From: Nitrospirota bacterium
GTDB taxonomy: Bacteria; Nitrospirota; UBA9217
Direction of reading: 5' to 3'
NCBI GenBank assembly: GCA_963751455.1
Contig: CAVVUN010000001.1
Span: forward strand, 64,001 to 128,000
DNA length: 64,000 nt
How positions within the stretch are numbered: the stretch's first letter is position 1; every line of letters begins with the position of its first letter. The notes under the pieces are model-generated. The model saw nothing but the letters and a program-made list of their open reading frames with translations, had not been told where the DNA came from and ran no database searches. Positions 11,355-21,758 of the stretch are shown piece by piece. The translations under genes and the position numbers were made by a program.

Positions 11355-12056
11355 CTAAAACGGGACTCCGAGCAGAAACCGCACTTCACGGTCGTTAGTC
11401 TTGCGGTTCATTCCGTATGCCGCGCCTAGATTCGCCCATATCCTGCCCCCGACCCATGATAGCGTAGGGCCTGCGGCATACTTCCCGGTTGAATAATTGC
11501 CTTTTGATTCTACAGCCAACCGGAGTGCCGGAATTACCTCATAGCTTACACCTGTTGCGTATTCATGGCTGGCCTTATCTCCCGAGATGTAGGTGTTCTT
11601 ATAAATGGCATTGTAGGCCATATTCAGTTTACCGATATCTTTGGTGAGAATCAGCTTGCCCTCATATACGTTCTTGGCATCGACCTTCTCCTGATGTTCC
11701 AGATAAAGCAGAGTGTCAACGGGTAGTGTATTCTTTTCAGCAATCCGGTAACGAAGCCGGAATTTATAGCCGGAATATTTCATCTGGCCGCCTTCCTTCT
11801 GGTCGTACACCTGATACAGGGCCGCATCCATGTGGTCCGTGAGTCCGTATTCCAGCTCCAACTGCTGCTGCCAATCGCTGCTATTGTCCAACTGGCGGTC
11901 TTTCGTCACTGACGTCTGATAATACTCCAGTTCTGCACTGTCCTTGGAGAGAGTTAAATATTCGTACGTCCAGACATAACTTCTCTGGTCCGCATGTGCG
12001 AATCCGCTTATACTCAGAAACAACGCTACGATAAGTACACCAAAAGCCGACTTCAT
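11355..12056 (-). CDS. Putative Fur-regulated outer-membrane beta-barrel protein
   Basis: Signal peptide, YVWTYEY, ELEYGLTD, alternating strands and C-terminal Phe. A Fur box lies directly upstream. Confidence 0.7.
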   Translation of the reverse strand: MKSAFGVLIVALFLSISGFAHADQRSYVWTYEYLTLSKDSAELEYYQTSVTKDRQLDNSSDWQQQLELEYGLTDHMDAALYQVYDQKEGGQMKYSGYKFRLRYRIAEKNTLPVDTLLYLEHQEKVDAKNVYEGKLILTKDIGKLNMAYNAIYKNTYISGDKASHEYATGVSYEVIPALRLAVESKGNYSTGKYAAGPTLSWVGGRIWANLGAAYGMNRKTNDREVRFLLGVPF

Positions 12057-12073
12057 TTTTTCATCTCCTTGAT

Positions 12074-12092
12074 ATTGATATTCATTTTCAAT
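12074..12092. promoter_or_regulatory. Fur box ATTGATATTCATTTTCAAT
   Basis: 19-bp dyad closely resembling the site upstream of fur, 18 bp before the OMP start. Confidence 0.8.
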
Positions 12093-12246
12093 TGAAGCCT
12101 AAATAAAAAAACGGCCCTTATTTTTCCTGCAGCCACATGCCCACTTGCAGCGATCAACGGCATCTGTACTGGCATTTTCTTTAACTGTACCCCTCCTGCA
12201 GCCTCCTTTCAATAAAGCATAAGCATTCTTTGCTGGGTTCGCTCAA

Positions 12247-12954
12247 CTATATTCTCTTAACAAATATCTCTTTTGTGATTTCCTTGTCCACAGCAATCAT
12301 TGTTTCTCCCAGTTGGATAACGTACGACGGCTTCTTTTGATGCAGTTTGACGATGCTTCCCGGGACAACCCCCATCGCCGAGAGGCGATCGAGCCTGGAA
12401 TGGGATTCAGGCGTAATGAACACGATCTTTGCATGGTCCCCGGGCACAAGGTCTGCCAGCGGCGCAACAAGCGGCTTCATCTCCTTCCGGAACATAGTGC
12501 AGCATTCACCTCGCGGGATCGGCTTACCGTCGGGTGAATTGGGCGGATGCCCGAGGAGAGTGCACACGCTGTCGGTAACTTCCGGTGAAAGGATATGCTC
12601 GAATTTACAAGCCTCGGCTTCGGCTCCGTCAAGTGCGAAAAGGTCGTAGAACATGCGAAGCGACAATCTATGCCGCCGTACGAGTTCGCGTGCTCTCTTC
12701 TCCCCCTTCGGCAGCAGTTCGACAGCCTCTCCCTTGATATCGATCCATCCGTTTTTCGAAAGGTCGCTCAGAATCTTTTCACATTCCTGAAGCGTACAGC
12801 TCTGTACTATCTGTTCCTTTGTGGAGTATCCGCTTTCCCGCAAAGTCCAGATTATCTCGAAAAGTTCATCTTCTTTCTCTATCTCCGGCAGTACACAAAG
12901 GGCCGGATGTCCGGGTTTTCCTTCAACAGTATCCAATCTTTTAAGTTCCGTCAT
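12247..12954 (-). CDS. ideR: DtxR/IdeR-family metal-dependent repressor with C-terminal FeoA domain
   Basis: RRHRL, EACKFEHILSPEV and LGHPPNSPDGKPIP (DtxR dimerisation), plus FeoA-like RLSAMGVVPGS. AAGGAG SD precedes ATG 12954. Confidence 0.88.
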   Translation of the reverse strand: MTELKRLDTVEGKPGHPALCVLPEIEKEDELFEIIWTLRESGYSTKEQIVQSCTLQECEKILSDLSKNGWIDIKGEAVELLPKGEKRARELVRRHRLSLRMFYDLFALDGAEAEACKFEHILSPEVTDSVCTLLGHPPNSPDGKPIPRGECCTMFRKEMKPLVAPLADLVPGDHAKIVFITPESHSRLDRLSAMGVVPGSIVKLHQKKPSYVIQLGETMIAVDKEITKEIFVKRI

Positions 12955-13073
12955 CTGTTTCTCCTTATTCTGGACCGAGGCAACCGCGTTGCCGTCCGGA
13001 TTCACGCCGATACACCACAAACTCACGCTGCCGCACTTGTAAACACAGGGTGCACGGATCGGCTCGCTCCATA

Positions 13074-15059
13074 TTACAGCTCGACTTTAAAGTACCTCAA
13101 AACCAGGTTCAGGACTCCCCCTACACCAAAGGCAAACGGGAATATGAAGGCAACCATATACAGCGCTGTTTTCAGTCCCCGTTCTTTCACCATCATGAAA
13201 AAGTTTGCAATACAGGGAACAAAAAGCGTAATCACGACCAGGCTTACAACGATCTGTATGGGATCGAGCATTCCTTCCTTGGCCATTATGAACAAGCCCG
13301 CGGCCCCGTAGTCTCTCCGCAGGAAACCGATGACGAACGCCTCTGCAGCCTTGCTCGGGAGCCCCAGCACACCGACTACCAGCGGGTCAGTCACGTTTTG
13401 AATATATTCAAGTGCGCCCAGCTTATGCCCGATAAACAGAATAAAAGTTCCGAGAATGAAAAGCGGCACTGCCTCTTTCAGATACCACTGGACCCGCGCA
13501 ATGGTCTTGACGAATATATTTGCAAGCTGCGGCACGCGAATGGGGGGCAGTTCCAGAACAAAATCAGACGGCTGGCCCGGAATCACTTTCGCTGCGAGGT
13601 ATCCGACAAGCAGCATGACAGCGAGAATCGAACCTATCCATATTGCAGTGGCAAGCCCGGAGAGACCCGCAACCATTCCCAGGATGACCCCGAGCTGAGC
13701 GGAACAGGGCACTCCCAGGGCCAGGAGCAGCGTCACGAGAATACGCTCTTTCTTGGTCTCAAGGATCCGTGTGGTAAGGGTTGCCATGGTATCGCAGCCG
13801 AGACCGAGTATCATGGGCAGGACCGCTTTGCCGTTCAGGCCCATGACTTTGAAAACCCTGTTTACCATCACCGCCAGCCGCGGCAGATAACCGGAGTCCT
13901 CCAGGATTCCGAAGGCGATGAAGAAAAAACCGACGATGGGAAGCACGATGGCGATGGCATACGTAAGCGCCATGGTGATAAGACCGTAATCGCCGATAAG
14001 CAGCTCCTGAATGAAGGGCACCGGAAACACGAAGTTCACGATCTTCGCTGCCCACGGGTTCAAATATTCGCCGAAGACGGTCTCTTCGAGGAACCCCACG
14101 GCGTGCCCTGCGCCAAGTACGCCCACGAATTGATAAACCACATACAATACTGCAAGGAGGATCGGCAACCCATAGACCGGATGCATGGACCAGTTACCGA
14201 TATGGGACGCTATCCTAGATCCTTTTCCGGCCTCATGGAGGCTCATAACCTGGGCAAGAATTTCATCCGCGCGCTTAAGCCTTCGCTGGTTTATAAGGTA
14301 CCCCAGCGAATTGTTAAACTTGGACTGCACATCCTGCCGGAACTTCTCAATTTCAGCGATTATATAGTGCTGAATATTGGCATGAAGCCACCCCTTGAGG
14401 CTTTCGTCGCCTGCCAGGAGCATAAGCGCAAGCGCCCTTCTCGATATGTTCGCCTCCGGCAGGAGAGCGCTGATATCTCGAATTCCGGCCTCGATTGCTG
14501 CGTCATATTGTACAGCTATCGGGGAAGGTCTCGGCTGCTGAATGCCTTTCAGAAGCTTGTCGATGCCGGTTCGGCGAATCGCCACTGTTTTGACGACTTC
14601 GATCCCGAGTATGCCGGAAAGCTTATGCTGATCGATCACAATGCCCCGGCTTTTCGCCTCGTCATCCATATTAAGATCGAGGATGAACGGCACGGCCATC
14701 TCTGCCAGCTGAAGTGTAATGAGAAGTCCGCGCCGAAGGTTTTTGGTGTCAGCTACCTGCACTACAACGCCTGCACGGTCCGTAAGCAGCATGTCCCTGG
14801 TCACTTTTTCGTCTTCCGACATGGGCACAAGACTATTTACCCCGGGCGTGTCGATTACGAGCGTTTTGACCTTGTTCAACGTCGCATTTCCGTATGTCAC
14901 CTCCACGGTAGTGCCGGGATAATTTGATACAGTAACATACTTGCCGGTAAGGAGACCGAAAAGAGCGCTTTTCCCCACATTTGGATTGCCGATCAACAGA
15001 ACTTTGTTAAGATTCGAGTCGCGATATCGCTCCCCGTCATTATTGCCATGATCATGCAT
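13074..15059 (-). CDS. feoB: Ferrous iron transporter FeoB
   Basis: GNPNVGKS, VSNYPGTTVE, DTPG, LEDSGYLPR, LGLGC, FVLELP and LFVPCIA. Confidence 0.98.
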   Translation of the reverse strand: MHDHGNNDGERYRDSNLNKVLLIGNPNVGKSALFGLLTGKYVTVSNYPGTTVEVTYGNATLNKVKTLVIDTPGVNSLVPMSEDEKVTRDMLLTDRAGVVVQVADTKNLRRGLLITLQLAEMAVPFILDLNMDDEAKSRGIVIDQHKLSGILGIEVVKTVAIRRTGIDKLLKGIQQPRPSPIAVQYDAAIEAGIRDISALLPEANISRRALALMLLAGDESLKGWLHANIQHYIIAEIEKFRQDVQSKFNNSLGYLINQRRLKRADEILAQVMSLHEAGKGSRIASHIGNWSMHPVYGLPILLAVLYVVYQFVGVLGAGHAVGFLEETVFGEYLNPWAAKIVNFVFPVPFIQELLIGDYGLITMALTYAIAIVLPIVGFFFIAFGILEDSGYLPRLAVMVNRVFKVMGLNGKAVLPMILGLGCDTMATLTTRILETKKERILVTLLLALGVPCSAQLGVILGMVAGLSGLATAIWIGSILAVMLLVGYLAAKVIPGQPSDFVLELPPIRVPQLANIFVKTIARVQWYLKEAVPLFILGTFILFIGHKLGALEYIQNVTDPLVVGVLGLPSKAAEAFVIGFLRRDYGAAGLFIMAKEGMLDPIQIVVSLVVITLFVPCIANFFMMVKERGLKTALYMVAFIFPFAFGVGGVLNLVLRYFKVEL

Positions 15060-15150
15060 TGCTTTGTAAAACCTCCGCCCTCACAACGAATCTAAGAAAC
15101 GTCCAGAATTCTTTATTACGGGTTCCATCTTAATCGGTACCCGCTATTTC

Positions 15151-15585
15151 TCACCTTTTTTGACAATCAGAACAAAGGCCGTACAGCTCCAACTTGTGGC
15201 TCTGCACTTTGAAGCGGTTCTTTTTGGCGACATCCTGTTGCAGCGCTTCAATTCGTTCGTTCTCGAACTCAAGGATCTGGCCGCAGCGAGTACAAATGAG
15301 ATGGTCGTGGTGCCCTTCCGAGGTCTTGTATTCATACCGCGTAAAACCGTCCTCGAACCTCCGTTCCTCTGCCATACCTGCTTCGGCAAGAAGCTTCAGC
15401 GTCCGATAGACCGTTGCGTACCCTATCCCCGGATGCGCCTTTTTGATAAGGGCATATAGCTCTTCCGCGCTCATATGGCGGCCGGCCTCCACGAATATTT
15501 TCAGGATCTTGTCGCGCTGACTCGTGGATTTGAGCCCCTGCCCGGACAGGTACTCAGACAGCTGATCTGCGGCGTTTCTCTTCAT
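15151..15585 (-). CDS. fur: Ferric uptake regulator
   Basis: GLKSTSQR, IGYATVYRTLKLL, HHDHLICTRCG and LYGLCSDC. Confidence 0.96.
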   Translation of the reverse strand: MKRNAADQLSEYLSGQGLKSTSQRDKILKIFVEAGRHMSAEELYALIKKAHPGIGYATVYRTLKLLAEAGMAEERRFEDGFTRYEYKTSEGHHDHLICTRCGQILEFENERIEALQQDVAKKNRFKVQSHKLELYGLCSDCQKR

Positions 15586-15593
15586 AATTTGAA

Positions 15594-15612
15594 ATTGAAA
15601 ACCATTTTCAAT
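15594..15612. promoter_or_regulatory. Fur box ATTGAAAACCATTTTCAAT (autoregulation of fur-feoB-ideR)
   Basis: Perfect 8-3-8 inverted repeat immediately upstream of the fur ATG. Confidence 0.88.
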
Positions 15613-15708
15613 ATGTCTTTATACCACGTGATCCTTTTGTAGTCAAGAACTATTTTATGAGCTTTGACTTTTTTGTTGCCTAGATTCTAAACGATCCCAT
15701 ACTTCAAT

Positions 15709-15903
15709 CTAGTGTAGAGTCTCTTAAATAGATGGTGTTATAAGATGGAGCGACAAATCGTCCTTATCTCGTCATTCCGGCTTGTCCGGAATCTTTCCAC
15801 CCATTCAGAAGGATTCCCGACGCGCTTCGCTTGCGGGAATGACCGTCTTGGGAAAGTGACTATGGCCGCAATAACACCATTCGTTTGTGAGACACTACAC
15901 TAG
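15709..15903. mobile_element. 195-bp MITE-like element with a nested REP-like palindrome
   Basis: Left end CTAGTGTAGAGTCTCTTAAATAGATGGTGTTAT matches the reverse complement of the right end, CTAGTGTAGTGTCTCACAAACGAATGGTGTTAT. Internal GTCATTCCGG...GCGGGAATGAC at 15771..15843. Confidence 0.75.
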
Positions 15904-16250
15904 CTGCTATTCATCCGGCGCCATGTGCGATACTTTTGCGACGAATTGCCGTTCTCTGAACTAACAAAGGAAGAACCGACTTTAGCGGAAAGATAATCAA
16001 TGATAGTCGGGTCATAGTTCGCGATAGTGTTTACGTCATAAATGGCTAAATTGTCAGGATTGTCCAGATGCTCCTGACTTTCTTCGCCCGATAGAAAACG
16101 CCAGCCGCTGTCTGATTCATTATCCGGCTCTTCCCGGTACATAAAGCCAACTTTCTTGCCCTCTACTGTTATCTGATCTGATGCATAGCAAGAACCAAGC
16201 CCTTCCGCGATGGGCATAATCTCAGATGGTTTAAGCTTGAACTCTTTCAC
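15900..16250 (-). CDS. DUF2185/Imm33-like orphan immunity protein
   Basis: CYASDQITVEGKKVGFMYREEP..DSGWRFLSGEES..IYDVNTIANYDP. AGGAGG SD precedes GTG 16250, and the stop lies in the MITE end. Confidence 0.85.
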   Translation of the reverse strand: MKEFKLKPSEIMPIAEGLGSCYASDQITVEGKKVGFMYREEPDNESDSGWRFLSGEESQEHLDNPDNLAIYDVNTIANYDPTIIDYLSAKVGSSFVSSENGNSSQKYRTWRRMNSS

Positions 16251-16351
16251 TAAAGTGCCTCCTGATACTAATAACGGGGGTGAAACAGGCATTTTTTGTG
16301 GTTTGTTCGCACTGAAATACTTATCTTCACTATATATAAGCCTATCTGCTA

Positions 16352-19147
16352 TTAGTGCCTTTTCAAACGAAGACTGTAAAACGTCAGAAGCACTCCTGTC
16401 GTTACCATAACAAAAGCGATTGCGATCATAAAAGGATATTCAATGATGAACACGACGGGTGTCAAGCACCACCGAGTAATCGTTCTGAGCGCTTCATGCC
16501 GCCTGATGAAATCAGCAACGGGCGGTGAATACCGATAATAATTTTGAACAAAGGCTCTTCCTGCTGCATTTGTGACAAGACATCGGTCTCTGAAGCTTCT
16601 GAGAACACTCACATGAGGATCAAGATACGAACCATATGCGGCTGTAGCGATGAAACAACCACCGCCTCCCCCACCGCCTCCTACGACACCACCCGTGTTA
16701 GTGCCACCGCCACCGTCTCCGTCTCCGCCAGTGGAACTCGAAGAGCCCAGGCCATGCAGGGAAATCGAGGTCGAGAGGTTTACATCAAAGGGCAGCGTGG
16801 CTTGAGCGGTATGATCAGTCGATGAGATAGGCGCAAAGACCACCGATAGCGTGCACGTAGCCGTCGGGGCGAGTGTTTCACCCGAACAGGTATCGCTCTG
16901 GACGCTGAACTCCGTTGCGTTCACTCCAGTCACAGTTGCAGTGCCAAGTGACACTATAGTTGAGCCTGAATTGGTGAATGACACAGTGTCCGTCGAGGCA
17001 GACCCAACAGTCACTGTTCCGAAATCGAGAGACGTCTTGTTTAGCGATACCTGGGGAGGCATGCCGGTCGCGTATTTGAGATGTTTACAAATAGCGTCAT
17101 AGTAGCTGATGTGAATCCTCCCGCTTGCATCAACGGCAATGGACGTATCCATGCCGACATCGCCGAGAGAATCGATTGTGTAGCTCTCCCATTTCCCGTT
17201 CAGGTTCGTTGCGTACTTCAGATCCCCGTTTGTCTCGTCGTAATAGCTGATATGGACCTTATTGCCTGAATCCACAGCCATCGACGTAAATTTGCCGGCA
17301 GAACCGCCGCTGTCGATAGTATATGCATGCCAGGAGCCAGATGCATTCGTTGCATACTTCAAATCTTTGTTGTATTCGTCATAGTAACTGATATGGAGCT
17401 TCCCGGAATTGTCGAGAGCTATGTCGCTGTAGGAACCGACTTTGCCAGCGATAAGTGAATCGATTGTTGTCTCCACCCAGGACCCTACAGTTCCCGTCGG
17501 GCTCGTCGCTAACTGTAGTCCGTTTCCTTGACAGCTTACGTACACGGTTCCGCTCGGATCCGTAACGACCGATGAATAGTATGGCCCGCACCCGATAATC
17601 GACGTCTTCCAGGTGCCTGTTCTGTTTGAAGCGTAGTAGATGCTGCCGTTATAAATCGGGGGTTGGCTATAGAAAGTGACATGGTCTTTGCCGTTGGCGT
17701 CAACGGTCAGCGATGTGTTGCTTATTGATTCCTCGGCGGTATAAAAAGGCGTGCTGTCCCACGTCCCGCTCGCATTCGTCACCAAAATAAATTTATTGAG
17801 CTGAAGATCCTTGCTGGTAATATGGACGTTGTCCTGGAAATCAACGGCAATAGAGGTGTATTGACCGCTTGCGCCAACAGCAATGAAGCTCCACATTCCA
17901 TTGTTTTTTTCGGCATACTTTAAAGTATCGTGTTCACTATCACTGTAACTGATGCGAACTATGCCGGTTTTCGCGTAATCGAGCGCAAGCGAAGAATATT
18001 CTCCGATGATCCCGCCGGTATCGACAATATTCATGGGCGGGGCGACGGAGCCATAGTAATTGACAGTAAGGTCGAAGTTGTCACTCAGGCAAGTGACATG
18101 GTAGTTGCTTCCCGAATCGGCAGCAACGGCAGAGTAGCGGCCGACGTAACCTTGAGATGCCAGCATCGTGGGCGCTGACCAGGTTGTGGTTCCGGCAGGC
18201 CTGACGGCAAGCATAAGGTTGCCCCCTGAGTTGTTGTAGTAACTGACATAAAGGGTGCCGTTGGCAGCTGCGGCTATCGAGTTATACTGACCTGCGTTAC
18301 TGGCGGAGTCAATCACTGTCGTATGCCAGCTCCCGCCCGAATTCGTCGCGTATGCCAAACCGCTGTCCTGGTAACTGATATGGACAACACCTGCCGTAAC
18401 GGTGATCGAACTGTAAATATTTGATGAGCTGTCGACTACTGTGTGCACCCAGGCACCCGTTGCGTTAGTAGCGTAAGTGAGTCCTGATAAACCATAATAG
18501 CTGATATGGGCCTTTCCACCGGAATCAACGGCAATCGTGGCCGATTGCCCTCTAATAATGCCCGTCTTGACCCAGGTCCCTGATGCGTTCGTCGCATACT
18601 TGACCGTCGGCGATAACGATCCGTCACGGTAAGCGATATGCGCCTTGCCGTTTGCTTCAACCGCTATACAGGACTCGATCCCGACATTGCCGCTGTCAAC
18701 AGTCACGGCCTGCCAGTTGCCTGAGGAATTCGTCGCGTACTTAAGCCCACCGTTCGCCTCATCGTAGTAGCTGATATGGACCTTGCCGCTCCCGTCGATC
18801 CCGATGGATGCGAAACTGCCGACACCGTAATTCGGGTCAACCACTTCGGTCTGCCAGTTCCCGCCGTCATAATAGGCATGATACAGCCTGTCGCCGCCAT
18901 ATGCTATGTGAGGTCGGTCAGTGAGGGGATCGACCGCGATGGCGCGAGGTGACAGTCTTGAAAAGTATTTTGGCGCATCTACCCGTTCGATGTTCCAGCC
19001 ATAAGCTGTTCCGCTGGAAGCTGAGACAACGCCGTGCAGGACAGCACCGGATGCACGTTCGTTTCTCGAGCCGGATTGTCCGCACCCAAAAAGAAGTCCA
19101 ATAAAAAACAATGCGATAACTATATGCCTACCTGAAAGAGTTAGCAT
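16352..19147 (-). CDS. Surface lipoprotein: beta-propeller-type repeats, choice-of-anchor D/ASH Ig domain, CFI-box-CTERM
   Basis: Lipobox LFGC; about 12 repeats of [27 protein letters not shown]; [30 protein letters not shown]; [30 protein letters not shown]. Confidence 0.9.
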   Translation of the reverse strand: MLTLSGRHIVIALFFIGLLFGCGQSGSRNERASGAVLHGVVSASSGTAYGWNIERVDAPKYFSRLSPRAIAVDPLTDRPHIAYGGDRLYHAYYDGGNWQTEVVDPNYGVGSFASIGIDGSGKVHISYYDEANGGLKYATNSSGNWQAVTVDSGNVGIESCIAVEANGKAHIAYRDGSLSPTVKYATNASGTWVKTGIIRGQSATIAVDSGGKAHISYYGLSGLTYATNATGAWVHTVVDSSSNIYSSITVTAGVVHISYQDSGLAYATNSGGSWHTTVIDSASNAGQYNSIAAAANGTLYVSYYNNSGGNLMLAVRPAGTTTWSAPTMLASQGYVGRYSAVAADSGSNYHVTCLSDNFDLTVNYYGSVAPPMNIVDTGGIIGEYSSLALDYAKTGIVRISYSDSEHDTLKYAEKNNGMWSFIAVGASGQYTSIAVDFQDNVHITSKDLQLNKFILVTNASGTWDSTPFYTAEESISNTSLTVDANGKDHVTFYSQPPIYNGSIYYASNRTGTWKTSIIGCGPYYSSVVTDPSGTVYVSCQGNGLQLATSPTGTVGSWVETTIDSLIAGKVGSYSDIALDNSGKLHISYYDEYNKDLKYATNASGSWHAYTIDSGGSAGKFTSMAVDSGNKVHISYYDETNGDLKYATNLNGKWESYTIDSLGDVGMDTSIAVDASGRIHISYYDAICKHLKYATGMPPQVSLNKTSLDFGTVTVGSASTDTVSFTNSGSTIVSLGTATVTGVNATEFSVQSDTCSGETLAPTATCTLSVVFAPISSTDHTAQATLPFDVNLSTSISLHGLGSSSSTGGDGDGGGGTNTGGVVGGGGGGGGCFIATAAYGSYLDPHVSVLRSFRDRCLVTNAAGRAFVQNYYRYSPPVADFIRRHEALRTITRWCLTPVVFIIEYPFMIAIAFVMVTTGVLLTFYSLRLKRH

Positions 19148-19239
19148 TATTCGCTCCGCTTGAACGAAGTATCACGGTTTGTAAGTTCGCCGCGTCTGCG
19201 TTGCGCTCCGCCTGACCCAATCGATCGCTTTTCGCAATC

Positions 19240-20202
19240 TCACCCCTGCCAAAGCTTGTCCACATTCAGATTTCTGCACTTGCGGTCTTTCCTGCGCCGC
19301 ACGAAGTACGGATCATCACTGTCAATGTTATAGTGTTTTAGATCGCTGGCAAAGCCCCAATGACAAAGTTCTGGTAATCCAAGTAATGGTGTTAGATCGC
19401 CATCGACAATGTTCGTGCTACCCCCGAACAGAAGCGACTTCAGTTTTGTTAAATTTCTGACCGGGTCAAGTGACTGCACTTCTCCGCAGTCTACGAACCA
19501 AAGAAGTTCCAGATTGATCAGTTTGCGCACCTGCTCAATCGATCTAATACCGCTGCACCCATCCAAACGGATGCAACGCAGCAAAAGGATATCCTCAATT
19601 CCTCTCAAAGATCGCAGATGACGGAGATTGATTAACTGCAGTCTTTGAAGAGAGTCAAGGGCATTGAAGAACTCAATCTCTTCAAGACCGCCCCCCGATA
19701 AACAAAGTTCTTCAAGCTGCCATAACTCGCGAAAACGCTTCGATCCCAGTTTCCCGGGGTAGAGACCGATCGATAATTGATTTATAGATTTACATCCGAA
19801 TAGTTCCTCGGCCCCAGGAAACCACTCGATATTCAACTGTTCCAGTCTATTCCAAACTGAAAATTGCAAGCCGCGAGGTCGCGGCACATGAGAAAGCTCT
19901 AATGATCGCAAGGCAGGAAGGTCCGATAAAGGCGATAAGTCCCGAAGGTTTTGATTGACGATCCTGATCCCTGTTAAAAAGGGAATTTCCTTAAGGAACT
20001 CACATGAACCATCGAGCTTGCATCCATATAGGTAGTTGCATTCAAGTTCAGTGACACCCCTGCGCTGCATCCATTTCCCGATCTCGGGGGCCCAAGCCCC
20101 GGTTAAGACAACCCGGGGACCATAGCGGCCATTTACAATCTTGAATCCCTTGCTGAAAAGAGTTCGTACTTTGTTGATTATTGTCCGAACATAAATTTTC
20201 AT
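19240..20202 (-). CDS. Leucine-rich-repeat protein, probable orphan immunity protein
   Basis: Repeated LxxLxxLxLxx units, C-terminal TNIVDGDLTPLLGLP..HYN, no signal peptide, position downstream of the RHS tip. Confidence 0.75.
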   Translation of the reverse strand: MKIYVRTIINKVRTLFSKGFKIVNGRYGPRVVLTGAWAPEIGKWMQRRGVTELECNYLYGCKLDGSCEFLKEIPFLTGIRIVNQNLRDLSPLSDLPALRSLELSHVPRPRGLQFSVWNRLEQLNIEWFPGAEELFGCKSINQLSIGLYPGKLGSKRFRELWQLEELCLSGGGLEEIEFFNALDSLQRLQLINLRHLRSLRGIEDILLLRCIRLDGCSGIRSIEQVRKLINLELLWFVDCGEVQSLDPVRNLTKLKSLLFGGSTNIVDGDLTPLLGLPELCHWGFASDLKHYNIDSDDPYFVRRRKDRKCRNLNVDKLWQG

Positions 20203-20320
20203 GCATCATCACCATCTGATAAATTTAGTTCGGTTAAGAACCTTTCCAGGTCGATTTGGCACGCCCATTTTGTCAAGAATTCTCCAAATCTGGGCTACTT
20301 GTACCAAGCATGTAATAAAG

Positions 20321-20920
20321 TTATTCGATCACGCCTGCTTCAATGTAGCCTAAGTTTGTGAAGTTCTGTTTTATTAATTCTTGTAACGCTTCCTCAGTTA
20401 CAAATGTAGCCCTCGATTTTGGGTACTGTTTTATTCTGAACATCTTTTGACCTGCCCATTCTGATTTCTTGATAAAGATTCCCGTTCTCTTAAATGTGTA
20501 TTTATTCTGATTGCAAACGGGACACTCTATTTCTAGCCTTACATTACTTTTTTCTTCGTCGAGACTTATGAACTCAGTCGGCAAAACTCAGGACAATGTT
20601 GGCCCGTCGTAAGGGAATGCAACTCTCTTTTTCTTTCTTTTCTTGCTTGGGGCAACTACCTGGGTTTTACCAAAATCGCATTTAAAACCATTTCCCATAA
20701 GAAACTGCAGGGCTTTCGGTGTAACTACCATTACATACCCGCACCACGAAAAATCGCCTATGAGATCAGAGTCCGGGTCCCATTCAATCGGTAATGGTTC
20801 TATTAACTCAGATGTCCCTTGCCCGCAGTTCTTACATATCCCGCCTTTCGTCCATGTTCCGACATGCGAAAACCTAGCGAATTCATAATTTGGCGGATTT
20901 TCCATTAAATATATTTTCAT
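20321..20920 (-). pseudogene. Double-CxxC immunity-like protein interrupted by an in-frame TGA at 20588-20590
   Basis: ORFs 20588..20920 (CKNCG, IGDFSW) and 20321..20584 (CPVCN, MFRI..FVTEE) are in the same frame and separated only by one stop. Confidence 0.7.
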
Positions 20921-21282
20921 AAATTAAATTCCTTGGCTAGCAAACAGAAGGAATGATTTCTTTGAAAATTTTCGTGAGTTTATTCGCATTTCCCACCCCC
21001 GTAATTGTCTTAACAGAAAGAAAATGCGCTGACGTGACCAAAAAATCGTGTTATTAGCAGAGAAACATCAACGTCAGAAAAAATGTTGAGTTGCGCTGCT
21101 ACTGCCGTTGTAAAAGAGCATAGTTTGAGAGAGTATTCCTCGCATAAAGCGAATACATCGACCAGCAGATGCTTTTCCGCGGCGTGTAGCTTATGGCGAT
21201 TCTTCTTGCGTAGGGACTTTCCTACGTTCGAGATAGTGTTATCAAAGCCGCCAAGAGTCCACTCTCCCTAAGCAAGAACACT

Positions 21283-21756
21283 TCAATAAGCCCGCAATTT
21301 TCTATAAAACTTGTATATTCTTAGTACGATAGCTAAGATTATCGTACTTATAAAAGAATAAATAGCACCTGTAATAACCATTAGATTTCGGCCTAGGCTG
21401 TTAGTCCACATTTCAAAATATTTTATTTGATCCGGTGTTTGTTCTTTTTTTGAAAAAAAAGAATCACCATCGAGATCAAACAAGCTTAGTTTATATTCTA
21501 AAAACCTGTTAAAGAAATAAGCGCTACCAACCAACATCAGATATAAGGTAAAAAAATTGATTAAATAGAACCAAATAGTTCTTTCCTTCTTTTTTAAACA
21601 GTAATGCCATATTAACAGGCAATCCGTTGGGGACACAATAGTCATCGCAATGTAGATATAAAATTCATGGCCCTGCCACAAAATAGGCAAAATAACCATT
21701 ACAACTAGAGATAGCGTTAATATTAACGCATATAAAATAGAGTTACGTTTGCTCAT
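21283..21756 (-). CDS. Integral-membrane putative cognate immunity protein of RHS-1
   Basis: Starts 2 bp after the RHS-1 stop, AT-rich, about four hydrophobic segments, loop FDLDGDSFFSKKEQTPDQ..NSLGRN. Confidence 0.75.
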   Translation of the reverse strand: MSKRNSILYALILTLSLVVMVILPILWQGHEFYIYIAMTIVSPTDCLLIWHYCLKKKERTIWFYLINFFTLYLMLVGSAYFFNRFLEYKLSLFDLDGDSFFSKKEQTPDQIKYFEMWTNSLGRNLMVITGAIYSFISTIILAIVLRIYKFYRKLRAY

Positions 21757-21758
21757 CC

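Noticed and set aside
12100-12240. Possible Cys-rich micro-ORF after ideR (and a 35-codon ORF at 12965..13072)
   Set aside because: No convincing start/SD or family resemblance.
13050-14927. 625-aa plus-strand ORF
   Set aside because: Antisense shadow of feoB with no recognisable motifs.
20588-20590. In-frame TGA as possible selenocysteine or recoding site
   Set aside because: The context (TLS*VLP) fits a Trp-to-stop change or sequencing error. No SECIS-like hairpin was recognised and other genes use TGA as stop.
19147-21283. Integron cassette array explanation for the orphan genes
   Set aside because: No repeated attC-like palindromes and no integrase seen.
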